Source: Clostridia bacterium (GTDB lineage: Bacteria; Bacillota; Clostridia; JAAYHZ01). Taken from it: DNA of 64,000 bases. Positions 32,939-41,492 of this stretch are shown in pieces. The stretch is from assembly GCA_050950825.1 (NCBI GenBank), contig JBMNIH010000003.1, forward strand, positions 352,001 to 416,000, written 5' to 3'. Position 1 is the stretch's first letter; each line of letters begins with the position of its first letter. Under the pieces are notes generated by a model that saw nothing but the letters and a program-made list of their open reading frames with translations, did no database searches and was not told the DNA's origin. The translations under genes were made by a program, and so were the position numbers.

Positions 32939-34777
32939 CTAATTTGCGTCTCTGTATTCTTTAAACGTTTTTATATCGCTGCCGTTCCAAATCTCAACCC
33001 ATTCCTCCAATCCTGCAGCATAAAGCCGGTCGATATATTGCTCCCATTCGGTGTTGATATTGGCAATTTGTCCGCTCCATACCCTGGATGAGAATTCGTT
33101 ATGAACGGTTGATATTTGATCAATGGTTTCTTCTCGCAGTTCTTTGAATTCTTCATATCGATCCGCAGGCATGGTAAAGGCGTTATAGAACTTCTCCGGT
33201 CGCAGCCACAGCTTCTCGTTGTAATACCCTCCGTGTTTTTCCCAGTAGTCGATGAATTGAACACAATGAGCATCGAAGTTGTAAACGACCTTGATATCGG
33301 TTATAAAATTGTTGTTGCCGAATTGGCCGAAGGTTTTCGTGCCCTTACCTGCATATTTTGCAGGTATCTTATCGGCTTCCGTAAAAATAACCGGGCTTTT
33401 AAAGGGCTCGCTGTACCATTTGTAGTGAACGCCTTCGATTCCCCATTTATACCGCAGCCAATCTTCACCAAAGTACGCATACTCCAGTAATTGGAACAAA
33501 CGAATCATTTTTTCATCCGAGATATTGCCTACTGTATAACACCTCTCATCCCAATTAAAGGGAGTGTAAGGTAAGTATTTGCCGCTGCCCGGACAGGGGG
33601 TAATAACAAAGGTCGCATCCGGATCGGTATTGTCAAGAATATTTGCCGGCGGCCATTGGTCCCCGTCTCCGTATCCCAAACCTAAGACTCTAGGAGCGCC
33701 TAATGTGTTCATAAAACCGGTTTTTGCCGTATTCCATATACCTCGAAGCTCCAGCCAATAATCCATTTCGCCCGGCACAAACCGCATATATCCTTTGTCA
33801 ATCATCTCGGTTAAAAAGACCAAGCTGTCACGATACGGAGCGTATGCTATGTAGGGAACATAATCTCCGGTAATTGGATCCTTGTAAAAATGGTTCATGT
33901 CTTTTGTAAAACCGAACATAACGTAAGAAAGATAGCAGTCATACCACGAGTTGGCAAAACCGGATCCGAACGTATCGTCTACCCCGTTTCCGTCGGGATC
34001 GTCCTCCGTAAAGCCTCTTAAAATTTCTCGTACGTCATCTTCCGTAAACACGGTGGTAGAGTAATATACTCTTTCATTCCATGCCTCGGGTTTAATAACG
34101 CTGATCATAGGCTCCAGGTTCTCGAGTGTGTAGCCGAGAGTTTCCAGCCAATCCAAACGCCACATCGGTACGAAACCGTCTACATACGCCGAGCTTGTAT
34201 TCATACTTATGCCGTAATACTCGTCTTCCGTTCCTTCTACCAAGTTAAACTTAAAACCTAAAGGCTCGTCCACAAGCATTTTGTAATAACTTGGTAAATA
34301 CTGTCGAATCATGTCCAAAGGTATGGTTCGTCCAAGTCCGTTTTCATACAAGTATTTTCCCGAGGTATAGTAGAACCCCCAGTCCGGAACGTCTCCTGCG
34401 GCCAGCATCATCTGTACTTGCTCCATGTTGCTCGAATCAATCAGGATGTTCCACATTTTCAAGTCCACATTGAACTTTTCTTCGAGCTCCAACTCATCCC
34501 ATCGGCCTTCCTCATACAGATGGGATGAATAGGTACCTACCAGCCAGTTAATTACCATTTTTTCTGCAAAAGGATTGGCATCCGCCGTCGTTGTTTCCGC
34601 TTTTGTCGTTGTTGTCTGCGCCTTTGTTGTTGTCTGCTTTGCGGAAGCGGTTGTTACGACCGTATCTTCCGGCGATGTTTCAACAACCTCGGAGGTTCCG
34701 GAGCATGCCGCCATACTGAAAATGATGGCAAGCAACAGTAAGAACGATAAAGACTTCTTAACCGAATTCATCTTCAT
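32939..34777 (-). CDS. Extracellular carbohydrate-binding lipoprotein (ABC solute-binding protein, LplA-like)
   Basis: Lipobox MAAC, Thr-rich linker; MLAAGDVPD, RLDWLETLG, DPDGNGVDDT, WGIEGVHY. Confidence 0.85.
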   Translation of the reverse strand: MKMNSVKKSLSFLLLLAIIFSMAACSGTSEVVETSPEDTVVTTASAKQTTTKAQTTTTKAETTTADANPFAEKMVINWLVGTYSSHLYEEGRWDELELEEKFNVDLKMWNILIDSSNMEQVQMMLAAGDVPDWGFYYTSGKYLYENGLGRTIPLDMIRQYLPSYYKMLVDEPLGFKFNLVEGTEDEYYGISMNTSSAYVDGFVPMWRLDWLETLGYTLENLEPMISVIKPEAWNERVYYSTTVFTEDDVREILRGFTEDDPDGNGVDDTFGSGFANSWYDCYLSYVMFGFTKDMNHFYKDPITGDYVPYIAYAPYRDSLVFLTEMIDKGYMRFVPGEMDYWLELRGIWNTAKTGFMNTLGAPRVLGLGYGDGDQWPPANILDNTDPDATFVITPCPGSGKYLPYTPFNWDERCYTVGNISDEKMIRLFQLLEYAYFGEDWLRYKWGIEGVHYKWYSEPFKSPVIFTEADKIPAKYAGKGTKTFGQFGNNNFITDIKVVYNFDAHCVQFIDYWEKHGGYYNEKLWLRPEKFYNAFTMPADRYEEFKELREETIDQISTVHNEFSSRVWSGQIANINTEWEQYIDRLYAAGLEEWVEIWNGSDIKTFKEYRDAN

Positions 34778-35250
34778 TTCCCCCTTTTTAAACAAACAAC
34801 CTATTTTGAATATTTTGCTTTTCTTATACTGTAATTGATTAAAGCTCATTATGAAATGGTAGAATAAGACAGTTTATTCAGATTCATGTCCTATTTTAAC
34901 TAAATTATTAATGTTATATATTTTTACTATTTGCTATTTATGATAAAATAATATTGCCTGTTAGCGAAGAAAGAAGGGACGGATTCCAAATCATGATTAT
35001 CAATGGAAATCCAATCATTTCGGATTCTATCTTAAAATTTTCGGATAGCGAAATTCATGTGGATATCGAGGGAATTCGTTTTTATATACTTTTAGACAGA
35101 AATTTTTTCAGCAGAAAACACATTTTATCCTTCCTTCGGCACAAGCACGGAGCTATTGAAATCTTCTTTGTTCGCGACGGTCAAGGGGAAATGAGCATCG
35201 GTAATAAAACATATGAGCTGTCGAAAAATAGAATCTATATCGTCAATAAG

Positions 35251-35322
35251 TGTTTACGCTGAGTTAAAATGTCCAAAAACTGATGGAATTGCCTGTCCAG
35301 ATATTGCTGGTATATAATGGCC
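35251..35322 (+). repeat. Left end of the transposon with three 24-bp-spaced TGNCC repeats
   Basis: TGTCC at 35270, TGTCC at 35294, TGGCC at 35318. Confidence 0.75.
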
Positions 35323-35405
35323 ATATACATTCTATAGAAAGAAAAAAGCGTCCTTGTTTCAATGTGATACTGTTACAGCAGTAGCACCAAGGACGTCCCC
35401 AAACT

Positions 35406-35935
35406 ATGATCATTATATCAAAATATGAACTAGAAGAAAAGGCAGAAGAACAAGTTTTTATGTAAGAAGTTTGGAGCAGTTTCTATGTCCCTGCTGCAGG
35501 AGTAACCGTATGAAGGTTGTAGGGAGCAGGCCCAGGAAGTACCTGCAGGAGGATGCCTCGCAAGTGATATTGATAATACGCAGGCTGCGCTGCCTGGAAT
35601 GTAACAAGATACATCACGAATTGCCCGATATACTGGTTCCATACAAACGGTACAAAAGCGAATGCATAGAGACAGTTGTAGCAGAAGATAACAACACTCC
35701 GCTAGCAATAGCATGTGATGAATCTACGCTATACCGGTGGAAAAAGTGGTTTAACTCTTTAAGCAGGTATTTTGCAGGTTGCTTGCAGTCCATAGCAATA
35801 CAGCTGGGAAGAGAAACTGAAGAAGCTTCAGGACCAATATCCGTCCTCCATAGGATATGGTTTTATGTTATCGCCACTGCTGGCCGAGGGCCTGGATCCT
35901 GCAAAAGCGAAAGAGATCAAAGCCCGTATATGTGA
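35406..35935 (+). pseudogene. Zn-finger/HTH accessory protein (DUF6431-like), frameshifted and apparently 3'-truncated
   Basis: ATG at 35406 (MIIISKYELEEK) stops after a T5 run (35455-35459); adding one T gives FYVRSLEQFLCPCC...RRLRCLEC..HHELPDILVPYKRY. Confidence 0.7.
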
Positions 35936-37172
35936 ACAAACCGGTATATCAGAGCGTACTCTCCGAAGATATGTGGCACAATACCGGGAAGCCGGATTCG
36001 ACGGTTTAAAGCCTAAAGGAAAGAGCCAAAGAAAAACAGAGGATGCCATACCATCCCATGTATTGGAGCAGGCTATTCTTCTGCGCAGGCAGGTTCCAAG
36101 CCGTAGCGTATCACAGTTGATAAACATCCTGGAGTGGGAAGGAATTGTAGAGCCGGGCCGGATAAAGCGCAGCACACTGCAGGAGCAATTGGCAAACCGG
36201 GGGTACAGTGCAAGACAGATGAAAATGTACACATCAACGGGAGTAGCAGCGCGCAGGTTCCAACATCGGTATCGCAATAAGCTCTGGCATTCGGACATCA
36301 AGTATGGCCCTTATCTTCCTATCGGCAGGGATGGAGAAAAAAAGCAGGTGTTTTTGGTTCTCTTCGTGGATGATGCTACCAGATACGTTCTTCATGGAGA
36401 ATTTTATCCCACCCTGGATAAAGTCATCGTAGAGGATTGCTTCCGGAAGTCCATTCTTAAGCATGGTGTGCCCGAAGCCGTATTTTTTGATAACGGCAGC
36501 CAATACAGGAACAAGTGGATGACACGGGCATGTGCAAAAATGGGCATTCGTCTGCTCTATGCCCGCCCCTACTCGCCGGAAGCAACCGGCAAAGTTGAGA
36601 GGCTGAACCGGGTAGTGGATTCCTTTCTTACAGAGGCCGCTTTGGAGAAACCACAGACCCTGGAAAGGTTGAACGAGCTGTTCCAGGTATGGCTTACCGA
36701 ATGCTATCAGAACAGGCCCCATTCCGCCCTGGTGAATCACATGAGTCCGGAGGTTGCATACCGAAGTGATACGAAACCCCAAAGGTTTATTGACCCGGAC
36801 GTCCTGGCTCAGGCGTTTTTGCATTTTGAGGAACGCAAGGTGGATAAAGCAGGCTGTATCAGCTTCAACGGCCAAAAGTATGAGGTTGGCCTTCCCTTTA
36901 TTGGCTGCACCGTAGATGTGATCTATGATCCGGCATACACCGACGAGCTTACCATTGAGTATGAAGGCCATAGCCCATGGAAGGCTAAGAAGCTGGTAAT
37001 AGGTGAACGATCCGGTCGACGGCCTGATTTACCGGAATATCTTACCACCGAAAAAGCGGAGGCATCCCGCTTGCTAAGAGCAGCCAAAAAGAAGAACGAG
37101 CAGCGCATAGAACAGTACATGCCTGCCGTCTCTTACAGAAACGTGGCCAAGGGTGGTGAGCAGAATGTTTGA
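35865..37172 (+). CDS. DDE-type transposase/integrase (HTH, rve core, Mu-like C-terminus); N-terminus probably clipped
   Basis: HTH (TGISERTLRRY); DDE triad in WHSDIKY, FFDNGSQY, GKVERLN. Confidence 0.92.
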   Translation: MLSPLLAEGLDPAKAKEIKARICEQTGISERTLRRYVAQYREAGFDGLKPKGKSQRKTEDAIPSHVLEQAILLRRQVPSRSVSQLINILEWEGIVEPGRIKRSTLQEQLANRGYSARQMKMYTSTGVAARRFQHRYRNKLWHSDIKYGPYLPIGRDGEKKQVFLVLFVDDATRYVLHGEFYPTLDKVIVEDCFRKSILKHGVPEAVFFDNGSQYRNKWMTRACAKMGIRLLYARPYSPEATGKVERLNRVVDSFLTEAALEKPQTLERLNELFQVWLTECYQNRPHSALVNHMSPEVAYRSDTKPQRFIDPDVLAQAFLHFEERKVDKAGCISFNGQKYEVGLPFIGCTVDVIYDPAYTDELTIEYEGHSPWKAKKLVIGERSGRRPDLPEYLTTEKAEASRLLRAAKKKNEQRIEQYMPAVSYRNVAKGGEQNV

Positions 37173-37965
37173 AGCCTTTTATGGGTTTAAACGCACACCC
37201 TTCACACGTGATATTCCTACTGACCAGCTTTATCAGCCCATCATACCGGAAGAGACATTAGGGCGCCTGCAATATGCTGCAGATCGTCAGTTGTTCGCTG
37301 TTGTTACCGGGGACTGCGGTACCGGCAAAACCACAGCTATCCGCCGTTTCCGGGATATTCTGGACTCTTCACGATTTCATGTTATGTACCTTGCCGATTC
37401 CAAACTGACGCCCAGGCATTTCTACAAGGGTTTACTGGAGCAGCTGGGGTGTGAGGCAAAATTCTACCGTGGAGATGCCAAACGCCAGCTGCACCGGGAA
37501 ATTGAGCTTATGAAGGGAATCCATAAACTGCAGCCTGTTGTCATAGTTGATGAAGCTCATCTTTTAGACCGAGAGATGCTGGAAGAGGTTCGTTTCCTGC
37601 TGAATTTCAAGATGGACTCAGAAAGCCCAATGGCTTTAATTCTGGTGGGACAGTCAGAGTTGTGGGATAAATTCCAGCTCCAGGCATATGCCGCCATCAA
37701 GCAACGTATTGATATTCAGTGCAAACTGAATCATTATGATCGGGCTCAGGTGGGTGAATACGTACATAGACATTTAGAGTATGCAGCTTGCGACAGGGAA
37801 ATTTTCTCTGAAGCGGCGTTGGATGAGATATTTAAGTATTCCAGCGGCTCTGCCAGGCTCATAAACAAGCTTTGCACCCATTGCCTGCTGTTCGGTGCTC
37901 AAAATGGCCGCAAAATCATTGATGACCATATGGTAAAGCTCGTGATACAGGGGGAATTGGCGTGA
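37165..37965 (+). CDS. ExeA-type AAA+ ATPase (transposition regulator, MuB/TnsC/IstB analogue)
   Basis: Walker A GDCGTGKT, Walker B VVIVDEAH, LILVGQ, QRI; overlaps the transposase stop. Confidence 0.92.
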   Translation: MFEAFYGFKRTPFTRDIPTDQLYQPIIPEETLGRLQYAADRQLFAVVTGDCGTGKTTAIRRFRDILDSSRFHVMYLADSKLTPRHFYKGLLEQLGCEAKFYRGDAKRQLHREIELMKGIHKLQPVVIVDEAHLLDREMLEEVRFLLNFKMDSESPMALILVGQSELWDKFQLQAYAAIKQRIDIQCKLNHYDRAQVGEYVHRHLEYAACDREIFSEAALDEIFKYSSGSARLINKLCTHCLLFGAQNGRKIIDDHMVKLVIQGELA

Positions 37966-38288
37966 TACAATTCCACTGTTCTTATCAATGGGATGATGGT
38001 AGTAAAGACATATGGCATGGTACTGTTAGCCAGGTTATTAATTTCGGCAGCCACTATGAGATTTTCATTTTAAGCCGGAGCAGCTTGCGGGTACTGGTTG
38101 GTCAATCAACCTCAGGGTTGTTTGCCTGTCTTCCTGATTGTAGCGCAGGGTGCCATTTGAGTACCCTTAATGATACTTTCTACAACAGTGAGAAGTTGAT
38201 TTATGCTTTAGGAAATGTTGTAGACGGTATGACAATAGCTTATGCTTTCAAAGCATTGGAACCATTTTTAAACTTCAATAACGACTAA
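37962..38288 (+). CDS. Small transposon-encoded protein (DUF6618-like)
   Basis: 108-aa ORF coupled to the ATPase by a GTGA overlap; W.G, GCHLSTLNDTFYNSEKL pattern. Confidence 0.7.
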   Translation: MIQFHCSYQWDDGSKDIWHGTVSQVINFGSHYEIFILSRSSLRVLVGQSTSGLFACLPDCSAGCHLSTLNDTFYNSEKLIYALGNVVDGMTIAYAFKALEPFLNFNND

Positions 38289-38295
38289 ATACATA

Positions 38296-38320
38296 GCGGA
38301 TAACCTTTTAGTTATCCGCT
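38296..38320 (+). terminator. Hairpin at the end of the transposon operon
   Basis: GCGGATAAC-CTTTTA-GTTATCCGC inverted repeat. Confidence 0.6.
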
Positions 38321-38335
38321 CATGCCTTCGCTTTA

Positions 38336-38407
38336 TTGGCAGTTATACCGTCAACTTTTGGTCAATTAACAACATCTATTTCGGGACAATTTGAGCTAGC
38401 ATTAACA
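38336..38407 (-). repeat. Right end of the transposon with periodic repeats
   Basis: Reading inward from the end: TGTCC at nt 20, TGACC at nt 44, TGCCA at nt 67. Confidence 0.75.
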
Positions 38408-39130
38408 ATAAAGGATCGTATCATTGCCAATCAATCCATAATACGATCGAAGGATACTCCTTTCAGTTTCGTTATGAAGTACAAAAGCCTGCGGAATCCG
38501 TCTTCGCTCACAGCGAGCGCAATCTTTTTCTTGAAAGATTAAACCGACTCCGGGACTGCGTCCTTGAGGATGAATACGACTGCTGCGATACCATCGAAAA
38601 AATTCATCAAGAGATGAGAGAAATGAAATTCGGGTTTTATAACAAGATCCAGACGTATTTTGCACAAATGATCATTCATATATTGCGGATGTATCAACCG
38701 AAAAATCCGGAGAAAATCGAGCTTGAGAAAAAGAGCCCGGAGCAGTCACGGACGGAAATCATCGACAACTTCTTCTATGACAATTTTGATAAGCGATGCG
38801 GTATAGATGATCCGGCATCCCTAGTAGGCGTGAGCAGCAGACAATTAAACCGAATCCTTAAAGAAGAATACGGTTATAGCTTTAAGCAAATCATCATGGA
38901 AATGCGAGTGGAAGTGGCAAAAGATTATCTAATCCAAACGGACGTCACCGTATCCGACATCTCCTACATCGTCGGATATACCGAACCAAGCAACTTTTGC
39001 GCCGTATTCAGAAAAGCGACAGGCAAATCTCCCGGCGCCTATAGGAAACACCGTAGATAACGGTATTGACAGTTCTACAATGATGTTTCGATAAAAAAAT
39101 AAAACCCACGGAAACATGTTCCGTAGGATT

Positions 39131-39205
<75 letters not shown>

Positions 39206-39206
39206 G

Positions 39207-39281
39207 TGGAGCGGGTTACGAGATTCGAACTCGCGACTTTCACCTTGGCAAGGTGACACTCTACCGCTGAGTTAAACCCGC
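39207..39281 (-). tRNA. tRNA-Gly(GCC)
   Basis: GCGGGTTTAACTCAGCGGTAGAGTGTCACCTTGCCAAGGTGA...GTTCGAAT...CCA. Confidence 0.97.
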
Positions 39282-39284
39282 AAG

Positions 39285-39360
<76 letters not shown>

Positions 39361-39363
39361 AAA

Positions 39364-39440
39364 TGGCGACCCGGAAGGGACTCGAACCCTCGACCTCTAG
39401 CGTGACAGGCTAGCATTCTAACCGACTGAACTACCGGGCC
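39364..39440 (-). tRNA. tRNA-Asp(GTC)
   Basis: GGCCCGGTAGTTCAGTCGGTTAGAATGCTAGCCTGTCACGCTAG...GGTTCGAGT...CCA. Confidence 0.97.
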
Positions 39441-39444
39441 ATAT

Positions 39445-39520
39445 TGGTGGGCGCTACAGGGATCGAACCTATGACCCCCTGCTTGTAAGGCAGGTGCTCT
39501 CCCGGCTGAGCTAAGCGCCC
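39445..39520 (-). tRNA. tRNA-Val(TAC)
   Basis: GGGCGCTTAGCTCAGCCGGGAGAGCACCTGCCTTACAAGCAGG...GGTTCGATC...CCA. Confidence 0.97.
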
Positions 39521-39606
39521 TCGGTACTGTCCTCAAAAGGACAATTCCAAGTATACAAGAAATGATATTTAATGTCAACTGCAAAATTTTGAATTTTTCT
39601 TGTCAC

Positions 39607-40482
39607 CTAATGCTTTATAATATCCAGCAGCTCTTCTTTTGTAAATTGGTACTTCTTGTTACAGAAGTTACATTGGGTCTCAACTATATCTTGCGTATCT
39701 ATTATATCCATAATCTCTTCTTTGCCAAGAGCCAATATGTTGGTTTCCATCCGGAATCGAGAGCAAGTGCAGCGATATTCTACAGGACTTGTATCAATGA
39801 TCTTCATGTCTAACGAACCTAAGATCATTTGCAAGACATTTTCGATAGTATCCCCTCCGGATAGCAGTTCCGAAACGGCCGGATAAGTATAAATCTTCTG
39901 TTCAATCAAGGAAAGGGTTTCCTCCGTTGCTCCCGGCATCAATTGAATAATATACCCTCCGCAGGAGGTAAAGGTACCTTTTTTATCGATGGTCTCTCCC
40001 AAACTGAAGGCCGTGGGAATTTGCTCGGAGGTTACAAAATACGAAGCCAAATCATCGGCAATCTCTCCGGAGACCAAATCCACATAACCGGTATAGGGTT
40101 CCTTTAACCCGATGTCTTTTACAACATACAAAAACCCGGTATCTCCCACGATTTTCGACATATCGATCTTTCCGTTGGGCTTATGATACAACGGCACATT
40201 GGGATTTCCTACGTACCCTCGTACGGCATCTCTTGTATCCGAAACCACCACAATACCGTCGATAGGCCCGTTGCCTCGTACTTGTAGGGTCAACTTATCT
40301 TTTTCATTTTCCATCATCTTCGTCATTAAAGCCGTTGCGGTTAAAGCTCTGCCTAAAGCCGCAGCGGATGCCGGCGACAAATGATGAATATCCATCGCTT
40401 TTTGTACCGTATGCAAAGTCGTAGCACCGTATGCCCGAACCGTGGCATCCGCTGCAAGCACTCTTACGATATAATCTTTCAT
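39607..40482 (-). CDS. hslO: Hsp33 redox-regulated chaperone
   Basis: ALGRALTA, LVSGEIADDL, SEQIP; CTC and CNFC zinc motif. Confidence 0.96.
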   Translation of the reverse strand: MKDYIVRVLAADATVRAYGATTLHTVQKAMDIHHLSPASAAALGRALTATALMTKMMENEKDKLTLQVRGNGPIDGIVVVSDTRDAVRGYVGNPNVPLYHKPNGKIDMSKIVGDTGFLYVVKDIGLKEPYTGYVDLVSGEIADDLASYFVTSEQIPTAFSLGETIDKKGTFTSCGGYIIQLMPGATEETLSLIEQKIYTYPAVSELLSGGDTIENVLQMILGSLDMKIIDTSPVEYRCTCSRFRMETNILALGKEEIMDIIDTQDIVETQCNFCNKKYQFTKEELLDIIKH

Positions 40483-41231
40483 TTGTTTTTCTCTCCACTC
40501 TTTCTGACAATATAAAATACTCTTTCGCTATTCTCGGTATAAGGGTTAAATGTAAATTCGTCGAACATCCCTTCGCAAACAAACCCCGCTTTCGTGCAGG
40601 CTTCCTTCAAATCCTCAAGATCAAAAGCGGTTTCGATTATCGTGTCCTCAAACTTTTGATATAAATCGTTTAATTTTTGAAACAACACGATATCAATGAA
40701 GGATCTTCTTTCATTCGGATCGTATTCACACTGCCAAATGCATGTGAAATCTTCTTCATCTACATAGAAGACATTGTCGCCGTAAATGTTCTCCAGCTTG
40801 TGCAGGGTATTCACGTCGAAAATCAAAAGTCCCCCCGGATCCAAATAATTATAACATAAACGCAGCATTTTCTTAACATCTTCCATATCCTGAAGATGAT
40901 TGACACTGTCCAACAAACAAACAATAGCGCCTACCGTTCCGTAAAGCTCGAAGGAAGTCATATCCTGCTGCAAGAACAGTATGTTTTGCCCTGCGGCTTC
41001 CGCTTTTTGTCCGGCTTCCGTCAGCATTTCCTCCGAGATATCCACGCAAATCATTTCGTACCCTTTTTTAGACATGATAATAGCAAAAGAACCGGTACCG
41101 CAAGCAAGCTCCAATACCAAATCGGGCTTACATCCGTATTTGTTGAAAAGCCGTGTCACATAATCCGCCCATTTTTCATAATCCACGTCTTCATTAAGCC
41201 GATCATAAACTCTTGCAATTCCGGTATACAT
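40479..41231 (-). CDS. Class I SAM-dependent methyltransferase
   Basis: VLELACGTG, VDISEEML, CLLDSVNH, GGLLIFD. Confidence 0.92.
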   Translation of the reverse strand: MYTGIARVYDRLNEDVDYEKWADYVTRLFNKYGCKPDLVLELACGTGSFAIIMSKKGYEMICVDISEEMLTEAGQKAEAAGQNILFLQQDMTSFELYGTVGAIVCLLDSVNHLQDMEDVKKMLRLCYNYLDPGGLLIFDVNTLHKLENIYGDNVFYVDEEDFTCIWQCEYDPNERRSFIDIVLFQKLNDLYQKFEDTIIETAFDLEDLKEACTKAGFVCEGMFDEFTFNPYTENSERVFYIVRKSGEKNK

Positions 41232-41262
41232 AATGCGTATTTTTTACCTCGTCTTATGCTTT

Positions 41263-41418
41263 TTATCCTTTGAATCTTCTGCTAATAATCCCGCCGATTC
41301 TTCCGGATTCTTTTGCGGTAAGGCTATCCCAACCGCTTTTTTCTACCTTCTCTAACAAGCCAAGCTCTTGGGCTACCTTGTATTTCATGGAGGAACGATC
41401 CTCCTTCTTTTTCTTCAT
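41263..41418 (-). CDS. Small acid-soluble spore protein-like (alpha/beta-type SASP family), 51 aa
   Basis: Not in the ORF track; manual translation MKKKKEDRSSMKYKVAQELGLLEKVEKSGWDSLTAKESGRIGGIISRRFKG; GGAGGTGAGG RBS. Confidence 0.88.
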   Translation of the reverse strand: MKKKKEDRSSMKYKVAQELGLLEKVEKSGWDSLTAKESGRIGGIISRRFKG

Positions 41419-41492
41419 TTTTCCTCACCTCCAAAGCTAATATGTGCCGGTCGAACAACAATTATACTTAAAAGGCGAGTACATACATTCTT

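Larger units (their letters stand above)
35251..38407 (+). mobile_element. 3157-bp four-gene transposon (DDE transposase plus AAA+ ATPase; Mu/Tn7/IS21-like architecture)
   Basis: TGT...ACA ends; imperfect IR TGTTTACGCTGAGTTAAAATGTCC / TGTTAATGCTAGCTCAAATTGTCC; flanks ATAAG / ATAAA; splits araC. Confidence 0.92.
34993..39060 (+). pseudogene. AraC family regulator interrupted by a transposon (5' part 34993-35250, 3' part 38408-39060)
   Basis: Cupin-like N-terminus (HKH..EIFFVRDGQG); excising 35251-38407 plus one target copy restores ...IVNK-GSYHCQ... in frame into an AraC HTH (VGYTEPSNFCAVFRKATGKSPGAYR). Confidence 0.9.

Noticed and set aside
34575-34680. GTT-rich short repeats
   Set aside because: Encode the Thr-rich linker of the lipoprotein.
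32835-34870. Shared ATAAGACA upstream of both the fusion gene and the binding-protein gene as an AraC site
   Set aside because: An 8-bp match in AT-rich DNA is too weak to support.
35450-35465. Programmed -1 frameshift in the first transposon gene
   Set aside because: No X-XXY-YYZ slippery heptamer in frame and the T run is only 5 nt; a mutation or sequencing error is more likely.
36234-36971. 245-aa ORF antisense to the transposase
   Set aside because: Lies fully within the transposase on the opposite strand with no recognisable features.
38336-38542. 68-aa ORF crossing the transposon right end
   Set aside because: Chimeric reading across the junction, out of frame with araC; no evidence it is a gene.
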